DNA from: an uncultured virus (IMG/VR IMGVR_UViG_3300027884_000001)
Taxonomy: Duplodnaviria > Heunggongvirae > Uroviricota > Caudoviricetes
IMG/VR virus record: IMGVR_UViG_3300027884_000001
Reading direction: 5' to 3' (one strand)
Length of the DNA: 64,000 nt
In this document: positions 30,952 to 40,018 of the stretch, one piece after another
How the letters are laid out: every line of letters begins with the position of its first letter
Numbering within the stretch: position 1 is the stretch's first letter
Notes under the pieces: model-generated
What the model was told of the DNA's origin: nothing
The model's input: only the letters and a program-made list of their open reading frames with translations
The model's database searches: none
Translations under genes and position numbers: made by a program

Positions 30952-32838
30952 TCATTCTGCGCCATCAGCGTCCGCTTCGCGAGCGGTTGCCATTCGCGCC
31001 ACCTTTTCCGCTCGAAGTCGCGCCACTTTTGCCCATCGCCCTTCCTTCTTCTCTCCGTTTTCGTTCGTTTTCTCTTGCTCGCGAGCACTCACCACGATTT
31101 TTGCATCGCCAGGGCGCTCGCGCCACCGAGCCAGCAGCACCAGCGGGGCGCCGTCGACGTCCTGATCCCATCTTGCGCCACATTCGCACTCCAACCGCAC
31201 AGCAGCAGCCGCGTCACGCGATTCGACCAGACCACACGTCGGGCACGTTCGTGTTGTGTCTGCGCACGGTACCGCGAACAACGCGGCGCGCCTGCTACGT
31301 GCTGCCGTTTCCATGCACGAAACAAGTTCGCTGGTCGATGCCAGCACTCGATTGGCGCGAGCCGTCTCGTTTTCGGTCGTCGCATCACGCGAGGTCGCCG
31401 CGACACGTCGCTTGTCGAAGTTCTCGATCACGATCGTGTCGTACTTGGTCGCTAGCTGCGCTGCCCACACCCGGTATTTCTCACGACGCCTGCGAAGCGC
31501 TTGCCCGCGAGCGCAGCTCTCGACGGCCCAATCGTGTCTCGCTCTGAACGCCCAGTTGGTCAACGCATCGTACGCTGCCTCGTCATCGGCAAAACGTGCG
31601 TCCATCCAACGGTTGCGTAGCGCCACCATTCTCGCTTCCGCCTTCCACGCGTGCACGTTCGCGCTGATCACGCGAAGCCAGTCGGGGAGGATCTCCCGGT
31701 GATCGCGCAGCCAGACGCTGAGCGCGAGGCGTGCCGCGTCGAAACGCAGGTCGCGAGCCGATCGCATCGCCTCCGGCGCTCGCAATACAGCCAGATCCTT
31801 CGCCGACAGGCGCAGCTCGCCTCGGTCTCCGGTGTCGTCCTGCCATCCGGCCACACGAAGCTCGTCGCCCATGACACGCCAGCCAACATCGACCGCGATT
31901 GTACCAGTGCCAGCCGTCGATGCTCGCGTCGATGCAGGCACGTCGAGCGTGAACGTCACGTGCCATCGGTCGTACGGACCGACGCGTTTCCGGTGTACGG
32001 TCGCGAGCTGAATCGTGGATCCGACGGGCAGCGGCCTGTGCATGTCCATGCGCCACGAACCCCAGACAGGGTCCCGACCGTTGCTGCCGATCCGGATCGA
32101 CAGCTGTGCCTGACGCGCCATGTTTTCGCATTCGCGATGTGTACGTCCGCTACGGTCCCACGCGCGTTCATCCGGAAGCACGATACGCAACCGCGAATCG
32201 TTACCGGAGGCGGCACGCTCGACAGTCAGAGACTTCGTAGCCTTGTCGGCGGTCGCCGTCTGGATCTGGACACCGACCGAACCTTCGCCAGTCCAACGCG
32301 CCCACGCCGGATCGTTCGCGTGACCGTCTTTGTTATAAAGACTCGTGTCGCTGAACGAGTCGCTCACCGCCCCCTCGACCAGTAGGTAGCTGCCCCAGTA
32401 CACGCCACAGTTTGCCCGAGCGCTACGCTGCAACTCCTTGGCGCGCTCACCAATCGCGTCACGCGCGGCGATCATGGCCGGACTGTCCTTGATTTTTAGC
32501 CGTAGCTCGCGGAACGCTTTGGCGGCGTCGCGTTCCGCTACTCGCGCCGCCCGAAGCGTGTCGCGCATCTCTTGCGGTTCGTCACGTTTACGGCTGCGCG
32601 CCCGATGTCGCTTGATTGCGCCATCAGCAAGCTCTCTGGCTCCTATAGCCATGGTGAGGGCTCGCTGTGCAGCCGGCATGTCGCCGGCTTCCGCTTCCAC
32701 CAAACGTACAGCCGCCCGACGACCTCGTTCGATCTCTACGAGCGTGTTGCGGTACCGATGAGCGGCCCGCATCTGTAGATCGATGAGATCAAAGTTTTCA
32801 TGTGGCGAAGCGAGTGCGTATTTGTAGACGAGCTTCAT
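30952..32838 (-). CDS. cas12m: Compact type V CRISPR effector, Cas12m (V-U1/C2c4)-like, 628 aa
   Basis: ATG 32838 with AAGGAG RBS. 'Q...AH.YRN.LVEIE', long Arg/Ala coiled coil, 'YWGSY', 'W.GEGSVGVQIQ', 'MHRPLP', RuvC-I 'IAVDVGWR', RuvC-II 'IVIENFD', Zn finger 'TRTCPTCG...CECG', RuvC-III 'WDQD'. Collinear with MmCas12m as recalled; abuts the array. Confidence 0.85.
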   Translation of the reverse strand: MKLVYKYALASPHENFDLIDLQMRAAHRYRNTLVEIERGRRAAVRLVEAEAGDMPAAQRALTMAIGARELADGAIKRHRARSRKRDEPQEMRDTLRAARVAERDAAKAFRELRLKIKDSPAMIAARDAIGERAKELQRSARANCGVYWGSYLLVEGAVSDSFSDTSLYNKDGHANDPAWARWTGEGSVGVQIQTATADKATKSLTVERAASGNDSRLRIVLPDERAWDRSGRTHRECENMARQAQLSIRIGSNGRDPVWGSWRMDMHRPLPVGSTIQLATVHRKRVGPYDRWHVTFTLDVPASTRASTAGTGTIAVDVGWRVMGDELRVAGWQDDTGDRGELRLSAKDLAVLRAPEAMRSARDLRFDAARLALSVWLRDHREILPDWLRVISANVHAWKAEARMVALRNRWMDARFADDEAAYDALTNWAFRARHDWAVESCARGQALRRRREKYRVWAAQLATKYDTIVIENFDKRRVAATSRDATTENETARANRVLASTSELVSCMETAARSRRAALFAVPCADTTRTCPTCGLVESRDAAAAVRLECECGARWDQDVDGAPLVLLARWRERPGDAKIVVSAREQEKTNENGEKKEGRWAKVARLRAEKVARMATAREADADGAE

Positions 32839-32866
32839 GGTGACGATCTCCTTGTTGCGCTTGTCG

Positions 32867-33547
32867 CTACCGTATCGATCGCTCGGCCGTCTCCGGCAGC
32901 AACGTGTTGCAACGGATGCACCGATCGACCACATACTTATTTGTCTCGCCACATGCACACCGACGAAACTCTGGTTCATGCGGCATCGCTCTCTCATTGA
33001 GCGCGTCAAGTTCTTGCTGGTCAACAGGACAGTGAGGCCGAAACCGAAACGTCTTGAGTCTCTCCGCAGCGCTCTGTTCGTTACGCACTTCCTCACGTTC
33101 GATCGCGTACCGCCCTAGCCTGGTAACTCTCGAACGCAAAACTTTAGCCGCACTCGTCAAGACGCGATCCTTATCGCCGATCCGTTCGCAAATCGACGCC
33201 GCCTTTTCAAGCTCAAAATCCTCGGCGACTTCTTCGTCACTCGGCATCGGTTCGTACCGTTCAATCCAGTGCCGCATTTCCATAAGCACAAGCTCCGCAC
33301 ATGTGTTCGCTAACGTCGCCACACCGAACGGCTCTACAGTGGTAGCTTGCACACGACAGTCTTCGCGTTGGCAACCAACCACGAACGTTTTGCCGCCGTC
33401 ACATAGTCCGACTTGATACATGCCACATCCGTGTATTGGGCATCGGCAGTCGCGCAGCCGAGCGACAGGATCCATTTCGTCTAGCCACGCGCGGAACTGT
33501 TCCGCTGTCCAACGATCGAGGTCGACGACATTGTCGCCCGTCTTCAT
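32867..33547 (-). CDS. Cys-rich (putative Zn-binding) protein immediately upstream of the cas gene
   Basis: CxCxxHxC...C..C cluster at the N-terminus and CxC...CxxC at the C-terminus; stop 28 nt before the cas start. Confidence 0.55.
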   Translation of the reverse strand: MKTGDNVVDLDRWTAEQFRAWLDEMDPVARLRDCRCPIHGCGMYQVGLCDGGKTFVVGCQREDCRVQATTVEPFGVATLANTCAELVLMEMRHWIERYEPMPSDEEVAEDFELEKAASICERIGDKDRVLTSAAKVLRSRVTRLGRYAIEREEVRNEQSAAERLKTFRFRPHCPVDQQELDALNERAMPHEPEFRRCACGETNKYVVDRCIRCNTLLPETAERSIR

Positions 33548-33813
33548 CTTGCACCGCCCGACTTTTGTTTTCCTGGTTGCCGATGAGACGCCCCTTTCGC
33601 GATCATCGTTTCATGCAACGATCTGATCGCTTCACGCACAACCGCAGCTCGGGCAACGTGGTGATCTGGCATCGACGCCTGGCGGTCAGCCACCAGGTCG
33701 GCAAGCATCGCTGCGGATTCTGGTCCCAAGCGCATGAACAGATGTAACGCTCGCTTCGAGTACGTGCGACCATCGAGCTTCTCGCTGTTCACTTTCTTTT
33801 GTTTGCGTTTCAC
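33544..33813 (-). CDS. Ribbon-helix-helix-like DNA-binding protein
   Basis: 'LHLFMRL...AAMLADL......ARAAVVREAI' strand-helix-helix pattern. Confidence 0.55.
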   Translation of the reverse strand: MKRKQKKVNSEKLDGRTYSKRALHLFMRLGPESAAMLADLVADRQASMPDHHVARAAVVREAIRSLHETMIAKGASHRQPGKQKSGGAR

Positions 33814-34123
33814 TTGCCGCTCCCCTCGCCGCCGACGTCGTCCACGAGCAGCCAGCCGGCGGCGCGCACTATTCGATCCGCCTGCTCTCTGTTGCTGAAC
33901 GGTGGCGCGCCGCCGTTACGATGAAGCAGCTCCAGTTGACACGCCTCTGTGTCCGACGTGGGCGCGCTCGGATCCGTTGTTGCGGCGAACATCGGGAAAC
34001 TCAGCAACCGCCGCTGACCGTTCTCCCACGGCCCCGCCACCTTCGGCGCCGTCTTGAGCGACTCGTAGATCTCCCACGGCGTCATCTTCGACCAGTCGAC
34101 GATCATGTTGCGCTCCTCGTTGT

Positions 34124-34636
34124 TCATCGTCTCGATCCTTTGCGAATGTACTCCAGCGCCGACATCGACAGCTTCCAATCGCCCGACTTGTACAAGCTTC
34201 CGCCGCCGCACTCGCCGTCGCGCAGGTACCACATCGCGTACGTGCACTCGTGGATGGTGATGGCGATGCTGCCGTCGGTGTAGATGAGCGCGTGCGTCTC
34301 TCCGAACGCTTCGCGCACCGCATCATCGCTCGACGTCGGATCCATCGCGTAGACGTGCACGGCGTCCTCGCGATGCCCGTCTGTGACCGGACCGACGTAG
34401 TCGATGTCGACCGGGAACTTATAGTCCGGATGGTCGCCGTGCTCGTGCTCCCACATCGACCAGTCCGCGGCGATGCACTTGATGGGCAGCCCGTTGGGCG
34501 CGTGCTCGATACCGCCCTGCTTCTTGGCGTAGGCGACGTGGCAGTCCCAGTCGCAGAAGTAGACCGACTCGTTCGGCTTGCCGCAGTCAAGACAGTTGAT
34601 CGTCGTCACCGTCGTGACCCCTTGTGCGCCGGACAC
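34124..34636 (-). CDS. Hypothetical Cys/His-rich phage protein
   Basis: CxxC...FCxxxC motif; coupled to neighbours. Confidence 0.5.
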   Translation of the reverse strand: MSGAQGVTTVTTINCLDCGKPNESVYFCDWDCHVAYAKKQGGIEHAPNGLPIKCIAADWSMWEHEHGDHPDYKFPVDIDYVGPVTDGHREDAVHVYAMDPTSSDDAVREAFGETHALIYTDGSIAITIHECTYAMWYLRDGECGGGSLYKSGDWKLSMSALEYIRKGSRR

Positions 34637-34814
34637 TTGACCTTGAGGTTGGTGCCGCGCACGTGTTCTCCTCGCGGGCTCGGCGCGAAGGTCCAGCCAG
34701 CCTCTCTGAGCTTCACGAGCGTCGACGTCGTTTCGGCGACAACAATCTCGTCCACAAGATGAACGAAGCTCTCGGTGCAGCGACGAGCGTCGCAGTCGAA
34801 GATGATGCGGACGG

Positions 34815-35426
34815 TCATCCGCGCTTCTCTCTCAGGATCCGAATCTGCTCCTGCAGCATCTCGACGACGCGTCTCACGCCGTCAACCGGCATCCCGTACG
34901 GCTCCTCGAGCGACGGATCGATCTTCCTCAAGTACGCGCCGACCGCCATGTTGCTCTCGGCGGCGACATTGACCCAGGCGCGCTGCGCGAGGATCTCGTT
35001 GAGGATCGACATCATGACGTCGGCGTTCACGAGTACCATCTTGAAGCCGCTGTCCTTCGCGATACGTGTCGCCATCCGCATCTCCTGGATCCCGGCCTCG
35101 TCGATGTCGGCGGATTTGATGCCATCCTCGTAGCCCATCGCGTACCCGACAACCTCGGCTACCTCTTCGTTGGACACCTCGGGCGACTTCGGGGCCGCTG
35201 CCAGCTGCGCTCGCGTCTCCTGCAGCTCCGTCAGGAGCGCTGTGCGCATCGCCGACCGACCCACACGGACGTTCTCGATCTCGTCCTGCAGGCGCTGCCG
35301 CTCACGCTCGGCACGCTCCAGCTCGGAGATGAGACGACGGCACTGCTGCATACTCAGGCCCGCGCGCATCGCGTCGCGCAGCTGCTGCAACTCTTCGGAC
35401 GGGATCGGTTCGTAGCTCATGATCAC
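34815..35426 (-). CDS. Coiled-coil hypothetical protein
   Basis: GGGAG RBS; heptad-rich. Confidence 0.55.
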   Translation of the reverse strand: MIMSYEPIPSEELQQLRDAMRAGLSMQQCRRLISELERAERERQRLQDEIENVRVGRSAMRTALLTELQETRAQLAAAPKSPEVSNEEVAEVVGYAMGYEDGIKSADIDEAGIQEMRMATRIAKDSGFKMVLVNADVMMSILNEILAQRAWVNVAAESNMAVGAYLRKIDPSLEEPYGMPVDGVRRVVEMLQEQIRILREKRG

Positions 35427-35796
35427 TCCCTCAGCTCTTCACCCTGCACTCGTTCCGCACGTCTTCAATGTCGTACGAAGTTCACTCGGCCGCCCTCGGG
35501 CCACACCATGTCGCACGCGATGTTGATCTGACTGCGCTTGAGCGCACCCATCACGTCTTCGCCGTGCTTGACGAAGCACGCGTCGCACAGAAGCAGCCAG
35601 CTCGCTATGCCCTCGCGACCGTCCGGTCTCCGGAACGCGATGCCCCCGCGAGGATCGTCGCTTGCCAGCCAGTAGAAGTGCGCCCCTTGCAACGGATCTG
35701 GCTCGTGCTCGCAGCCGATGACGACGTCGCCACCGGAAGGCTGCGTCGGCGATTCCTTTTCGACCCGATCGCTGGTGCGCTGGATGAGCGAGCGCC

Positions 35797-37149
35797 TCAC
35801 TTGGACTTCCGCCTGCTCTTGCCCGCCTTCTTCTTCTTCGTTTCCGCCACCTTCTTCTTGTGCTCCAGCTTCTTGATGAGCTTCTTCGTCCGCGCGACGA
35901 TGCCCTCGTACGACTTCAAGCGGCGTCGCACAGCGATCAACGGCAGATGCCGGCGGTAGCGGCGATGTCTGCGACGAAAGTTCGGTGCGCGAACGCCCGT
36001 GCCGTACGCCACGCCGACGCGACCGCCGCGCTTCACGACAAGAATATCGCCGACGTCGACGCGCCGCCTGCGCAAGCTCTTGACGACTTTGTCGCGAAGC
36101 TCGGCAGACGTCTGCGGGTGGATCGCGATGGCAGCAAAAACGTTGCGCATCAACTCGCTCGTGTTGTTGCGTCGACTGCGGCGGCCACGGCGAGCGCGGA
36201 GTCCGCGCCGGAGACCTCCTTTCGCGAATTGCTTCCATGCATCCATCGCCAGCGACGACGCGCGGTTCACGATCTCATCCAACAACGACGACGGTGTCGC
36301 GTCGTTGCAGCAGATGGCCTCGATGAGCGATTCGACCTCGTAGGGGTTCAGCTTGCCGGTAGCGAGCGTTTCGAACGTGATCGTCAGCTGCTCCGCGGTG
36401 GCCGTGCCCTGATAGACCTGGAACACGACGGAGCCTGGGTACCGCTCGCTGCGTTCGTAGACATCCTTGAAGATGTCGAAGACGCGCGGCCCATGCACTT
36501 TGGCCAGGATCATGATGTCGATCTGCTCGTCGAGCGACGTGAACGCCGACGCGGTCTCCACACGCCAGCCGCGGTCGCCGTCAGCGGCGCGTGGCATCAT
36601 GAGCGCCATCTTGTCGTGCTCGTCACCTAACGGGACCTTACGTTCGAAGAAGAAGAACGTCGCGTTGTTCGACTCGTACTCCTCGAAGTAGCCCTCGCGA
36701 AGCATCGAGATGCACCACTTGGTGCCCAGGCCGTAGTGAACGCTGGCTTGTTTGTTCTTGATGTGGCGCACGATGAGATCGGGCGAGTCGTATACGATCT
36801 CGGCCTCGACGGGCCCCTCGAGTCGGTAGAGCTTCTCGCGTTGTTTGCGTTTGCGATCCTGCTTGCGCTTGATCTTCAGCAGGTTGTCGCGAAGGCTGGC
36901 GAGATCCTGCGGGCGGTACGAGTAGATGTCGGGATGGATCCGACGCGCGCCGAACCACTGGCCGTTGAACCTGTGGAACATCTCGATGATGTCCGACAGC
37001 TCCTCGGTAAGCGCTTGATTCGCGGCGAGCATCCTGGCGCCCCAATCCAGGTACTTGAGGTTGCCGGACGGATCGCGCGCAGCAAGCGTTCGGATCCCGT
37101 CCTCGTGCGCGGGATACTTCTGCAGCACCTGATCGAGACGTGTGCTCAC
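35797..37149 (-). CDS. Conserved phage protein with 'DP...KYL.W' and 'S..YG.GTKWCIS' motifs, basic C-terminus
   Basis: Motifs I associate with large-phage hypothetical proteins; function unknown. Confidence 0.55.
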   Translation of the reverse strand: MSTRLDQVLQKYPAHEDGIRTLAARDPSGNLKYLDWGARMLAANQALTEELSDIIEMFHRFNGQWFGARRIHPDIYSYRPQDLASLRDNLLKIKRKQDRKRKQREKLYRLEGPVEAEIVYDSPDLIVRHIKNKQASVHYGLGTKWCISMLREGYFEEYESNNATFFFFERKVPLGDEHDKMALMMPRAADGDRGWRVETASAFTSLDEQIDIMILAKVHGPRVFDIFKDVYERSERYPGSVVFQVYQGTATAEQLTITFETLATGKLNPYEVESLIEAICCNDATPSSLLDEIVNRASSLAMDAWKQFAKGGLRRGLRARRGRRSRRNNTSELMRNVFAAIAIHPQTSAELRDKVVKSLRRRRVDVGDILVVKRGGRVGVAYGTGVRAPNFRRRHRRYRRHLPLIAVRRRLKSYEGIVARTKKLIKKLEHKKKVAETKKKKAGKSRRKSK

Positions 37150-37483
37150 GGGTTGTAGTCCGACTGTTTGATGTCGACACCGAGCAGAGCGTGGAGCTTT
37201 TGATGAAGCTCGTGCATCTCTTCGATGACCTTACGTCGACGCTCGTCGACACCGCTCTCGCGGTCGTAGATCACGTTGGTCGCTCGAGTCACGCCGAAGT
37301 ACGCGTCACACGTTTCGCGCGACGGGTTGGCTTTGAGCGCGTCGGCAAGATTGTCCAGCGCAGCCCAGCGAGCATGACGTTCGTCGTGCAGGCGCTTGTA
37401 CTCGACAACCAGCTCGTCGAGGACGCCGCGGTTGGCACGTAGCTGGACGATGAGGCTGTCGACTTCGGGATCGGTGATGCTGG

Positions 37484-38413
37484 TCATGCTTGCGTCCCTC
37501 GATGCGTGTGGATGTCGGCTTCGCCTGGCACGAGCTTTCTGTACTGAACCCAACCGTTATAGTTGCCGAGGAAGTGCGTCTCGCGACCCGAGATCGTCAG
37601 CCATCCTCCGACTCCCGCGTCCCAGACTCGATGCGGCTGCTCGAACATCAGCAGCTCCGACAACGTCATCGGACGAGCCGGATGCTCGAGAGGGCTCATG
37701 TGACCCGACTCCAGTAGCGAGTCGTGGAGCCTGAGGTCCTCAACCGGATCGCGCTTGCCGTCGTGTGTGAGGTACGACACGCGAGCGCACCGGCCGGCCG
37801 AGACCTTCACCCAGTCGATCGACGCCTCGACCATCTCAGCCTCGGTCACCAGCGGCAAGTGCCACTGCTTCGACGACAGATCCAGCGGCTTGCTCGCCAA
37901 GTGCAGCTGGTGCATCAAGTCGGCGGCCTTGTGGATCTCCGGCTGCGCCTTCTTGTTGTCGCGCAGGTTGAAAAAATTGCCCCACTCAGTCGCGGAAACA
38001 ATGACCGTGTGCCAGAGCCACGGTTCGAGTAGCCGGTTGGGGATCTGCTTGTGAACGTCGAGACCGCCTTGTTCTTCTGGGACGGCGAGAAAGTGGGCGG
38101 TGTTGATGGCGTGGTTGCGTAGTTCGCGCCACGCGAAGTCCGCCCGAGCAAGATCTTCATCTTCAAGCACCTCGCTGGAGGCCTGCATGCCTTTTTGGTT
38201 CTTGCCCCACACGGCCGGCACGAACGGGTTCTCGCGTACGCGTTCGAGCATCTTCTTGACCGGGATCGCGCGACTCGAGGCGCTGTTGCGCGAGAAGACG
38301 CGATGCGTGTTGAACTCAGCGAGCACGATGCGAGGGAATGTGACCTCGAACGTCGTCAGCCGGTGACCGATCGGCGAGACCGAGTCCGCGAGAATCTTGG
38401 CGTCGTACCCCAT
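37484..38413 (-). CDS. thyX: FAD-dependent thymidylate synthase
   Basis: 'AEFNTHRVFSRNSASSRAIP', 'HKQ..NRLLEP', 'AQPEI', 'H.SP.EH.A' of the phage-type ThyX. Confidence 0.85.
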   Translation of the reverse strand: MGYDAKILADSVSPIGHRLTTFEVTFPRIVLAEFNTHRVFSRNSASSRAIPVKKMLERVRENPFVPAVWGKNQKGMQASSEVLEDEDLARADFAWRELRNHAINTAHFLAVPEEQGGLDVHKQIPNRLLEPWLWHTVIVSATEWGNFFNLRDNKKAQPEIHKAADLMHQLHLASKPLDLSSKQWHLPLVTEAEMVEASIDWVKVSAGRCARVSYLTHDGKRDPVEDLRLHDSLLESGHMSPLEHPARPMTLSELLMFEQPHRVWDAGVGGWLTISGRETHFLGNYNGWVQYRKLVPGEADIHTHRGTQA

Positions 38414-38479
38414 TCACACCCTCCGTTCGTTGCGCTGAGCGTTTTGTTAGCTCGTCGCGGCGGCGCTGTCTACGGCTAA

Positions 38480-40018
38480 CTACTCGTCGCCGTCTTTGTA
38501 CTCGTCGTCATAGTCCTTGAGCGTATCGATGTACCTGCCGCGCTCGAACTCGAGCAACGTGATGCTCGTCTCGTCGAGGCGACCCTTGGCCAGCGCGAAC
38601 GCTGTCGGTTTGCCCTTGATGAAGATGCCGCTCATCGGATCGCGCGGCCGGTGCATGATGAAGATCTGGTCGGCGTCCTGCTCCAGCGAGCCGCTCTCGC
38701 GAAGGTGGTGAAGTTTCGGCATCGCATCCGCGTTCTTCTGCCGCTCGGCATCACGATGGATCTGCGCGAGCGCCATCACGTGACATCCGAGCTTCGTCGC
38801 GATGACACGCAACCCTCGACTCGTCTCGGCGACCTGCTGTTCACGCGTGCCCTTCTTGAGCAGCTCCGCGCTCGGCTTCACCAGACCGATGTGGTCGATG
38901 ACGACGAGTGTCAGCTTCTTGCCGGCGCGATCAAGAATCCGAGCACGATCGGTCGCCGCCGAAAGCACGCTGACGAGCGTCTGCTCTAGGCTCACCGTGA
39001 ACCACAGCTCCAGGTCCTTGACTGACTTCACGGACGCGGTGAGGTCTCGCCACTGATCCGTGTTGAGAACTTTCCTGCGGATCGCTGCCACAGACACGCC
39101 TGGCGTGCGTGCGGCCAGAAGCTTCGTCGTGAACGACTTGTGCGGCATCTCCATCGTGACGTACAGCGCGCCTACCTTCGGATCGCTAGCGACCATGTGC
39201 TCTGCGATCTGCACCGCGATCGTGCTCTTGCCGACGTTCGTCCTGGCGGCCAGGATGCTTGTTTCTGGTGCGCGCAGACCGCCGTTGATCATCTCGTCGA
39301 TGTTGTTGAGCCCCGTCGGAACCGCTGCACCTGTCGGCGCCATCAGGTCGGTGAAGAACTGTTCGGCCGACTGCTTGAGACTGATCGTGGAAGCGATTGC
39401 ACTTGATCGCTCCATGATGTCCGCGGATGCTTTTTCGGCGAGCCTGTAGATCTCGATGTCGCTGATCCTCGGATCGAGCGCGCTTTCGACAACTCGGCGG
39501 AGGCCGCGGATCGCCTCGCGCTTCGTCCATGCCGACTTGATCGACTCAGCGTACGCACGCGCCTGAACTTCGCTCACGGTCGACGCTGAAGATTGAAGCT
39601 TTTCCAGTGCGCCGATGCCGGTCCTGTCGCTACTGTAGCCAAGCTTGGCGGCATGCGACGCCACTTGGACGGGATCGTGTTCCACAGGAGTGTGTCCCGT
39701 CTCCTCGATCTTCGCGAGGCACGCGAGCATGGCTTCGTAGATCTCGCCGTGAGCCGTCTCGTAGAATGGTTTGCGGTCCGGCAAGATGTCCTGCACTGCG
39801 CTCGCTCGGAGCACGTCCGGAGCGTTCGATGCAGACCACAGGAACGCCGCCAGCAAAGCTTTCTCGGCAGCTACCTCAGCTGGTTCGCCGATCTTGCGCA
39901 TCCTCGCGTCGACCACATGAAGCTCGACACGCTTCGTTCCTTCGGCGAGGTTCGGCGAGAGCTTGCCCGCAGCGAGCAGCTCGTTTTCGTCAGGGACCCT
40001 CGGTCTGTCGTTGCTCAC
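38480..40018 (-). CDS. dnaB: DnaB-like replicative helicase
   Basis: Walker A 'AARTNVGKS', 'TMEM', 'VVIDHIGL', 'LAQIHR', 'LRESGSLEQDAD'; GTG start overlaps the primase stop. Confidence 0.92.
   Translation of the reverse strand: MSNDRPRVPDENELLAAGKLSPNLAEGTKRVELHVVDARMRKIGEPAEVAAEKALLAAFLWSASNAPDVLRASAVQDILPDRKPFYETAHGEIYEAMLACLAKIEETGHTPVEHDPVQVASHAAKLGYSSDRTGIGALEKLQSSASTVSEVQARAYAESIKSAWTKREAIRGLRRVVESALDPRISDIEIYRLAEKASADIMERSSAIASTISLKQSAEQFFTDLMAPTGAAVPTGLNNIDEMINGGLRAPETSILAARTNVGKSTIAVQIAEHMVASDPKVGALYVTMEMPHKSFTTKLLAARTPGVSVAAIRRKVLNTDQWRDLTASVKSVKDLELWFTVSLEQTLVSVLSAATDRARILDRAGKKLTLVVIDHIGLVKPSAELLKKGTREQQVAETSRGLRVIATKLGCHVMALAQIHRDAERQKNADAMPKLHHLRESGSLEQDADQIFIMHRPRDPMSGIFIKGKPTAFALAKGRLDETSITLLEFERGRYIDTLKDYDDEYKDGDE

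Noticed and set aside
30952..32838. IS605/IS607 TnpB transposon interpretation
   Set aside because: No TnpA or transposon ends are visible. The protein is larger than typical TnpB, has the long coiled-coil insertion and abuts a CRISPR array.
32839..33096. N-terminal 86 aa of the 714-aa ORF call for the effector
   Set aside because: It overlaps the upstream Cys-rich gene. The ATG at 32838 has an AAGGAG RBS and matches where Cas12m-like similarity begins.
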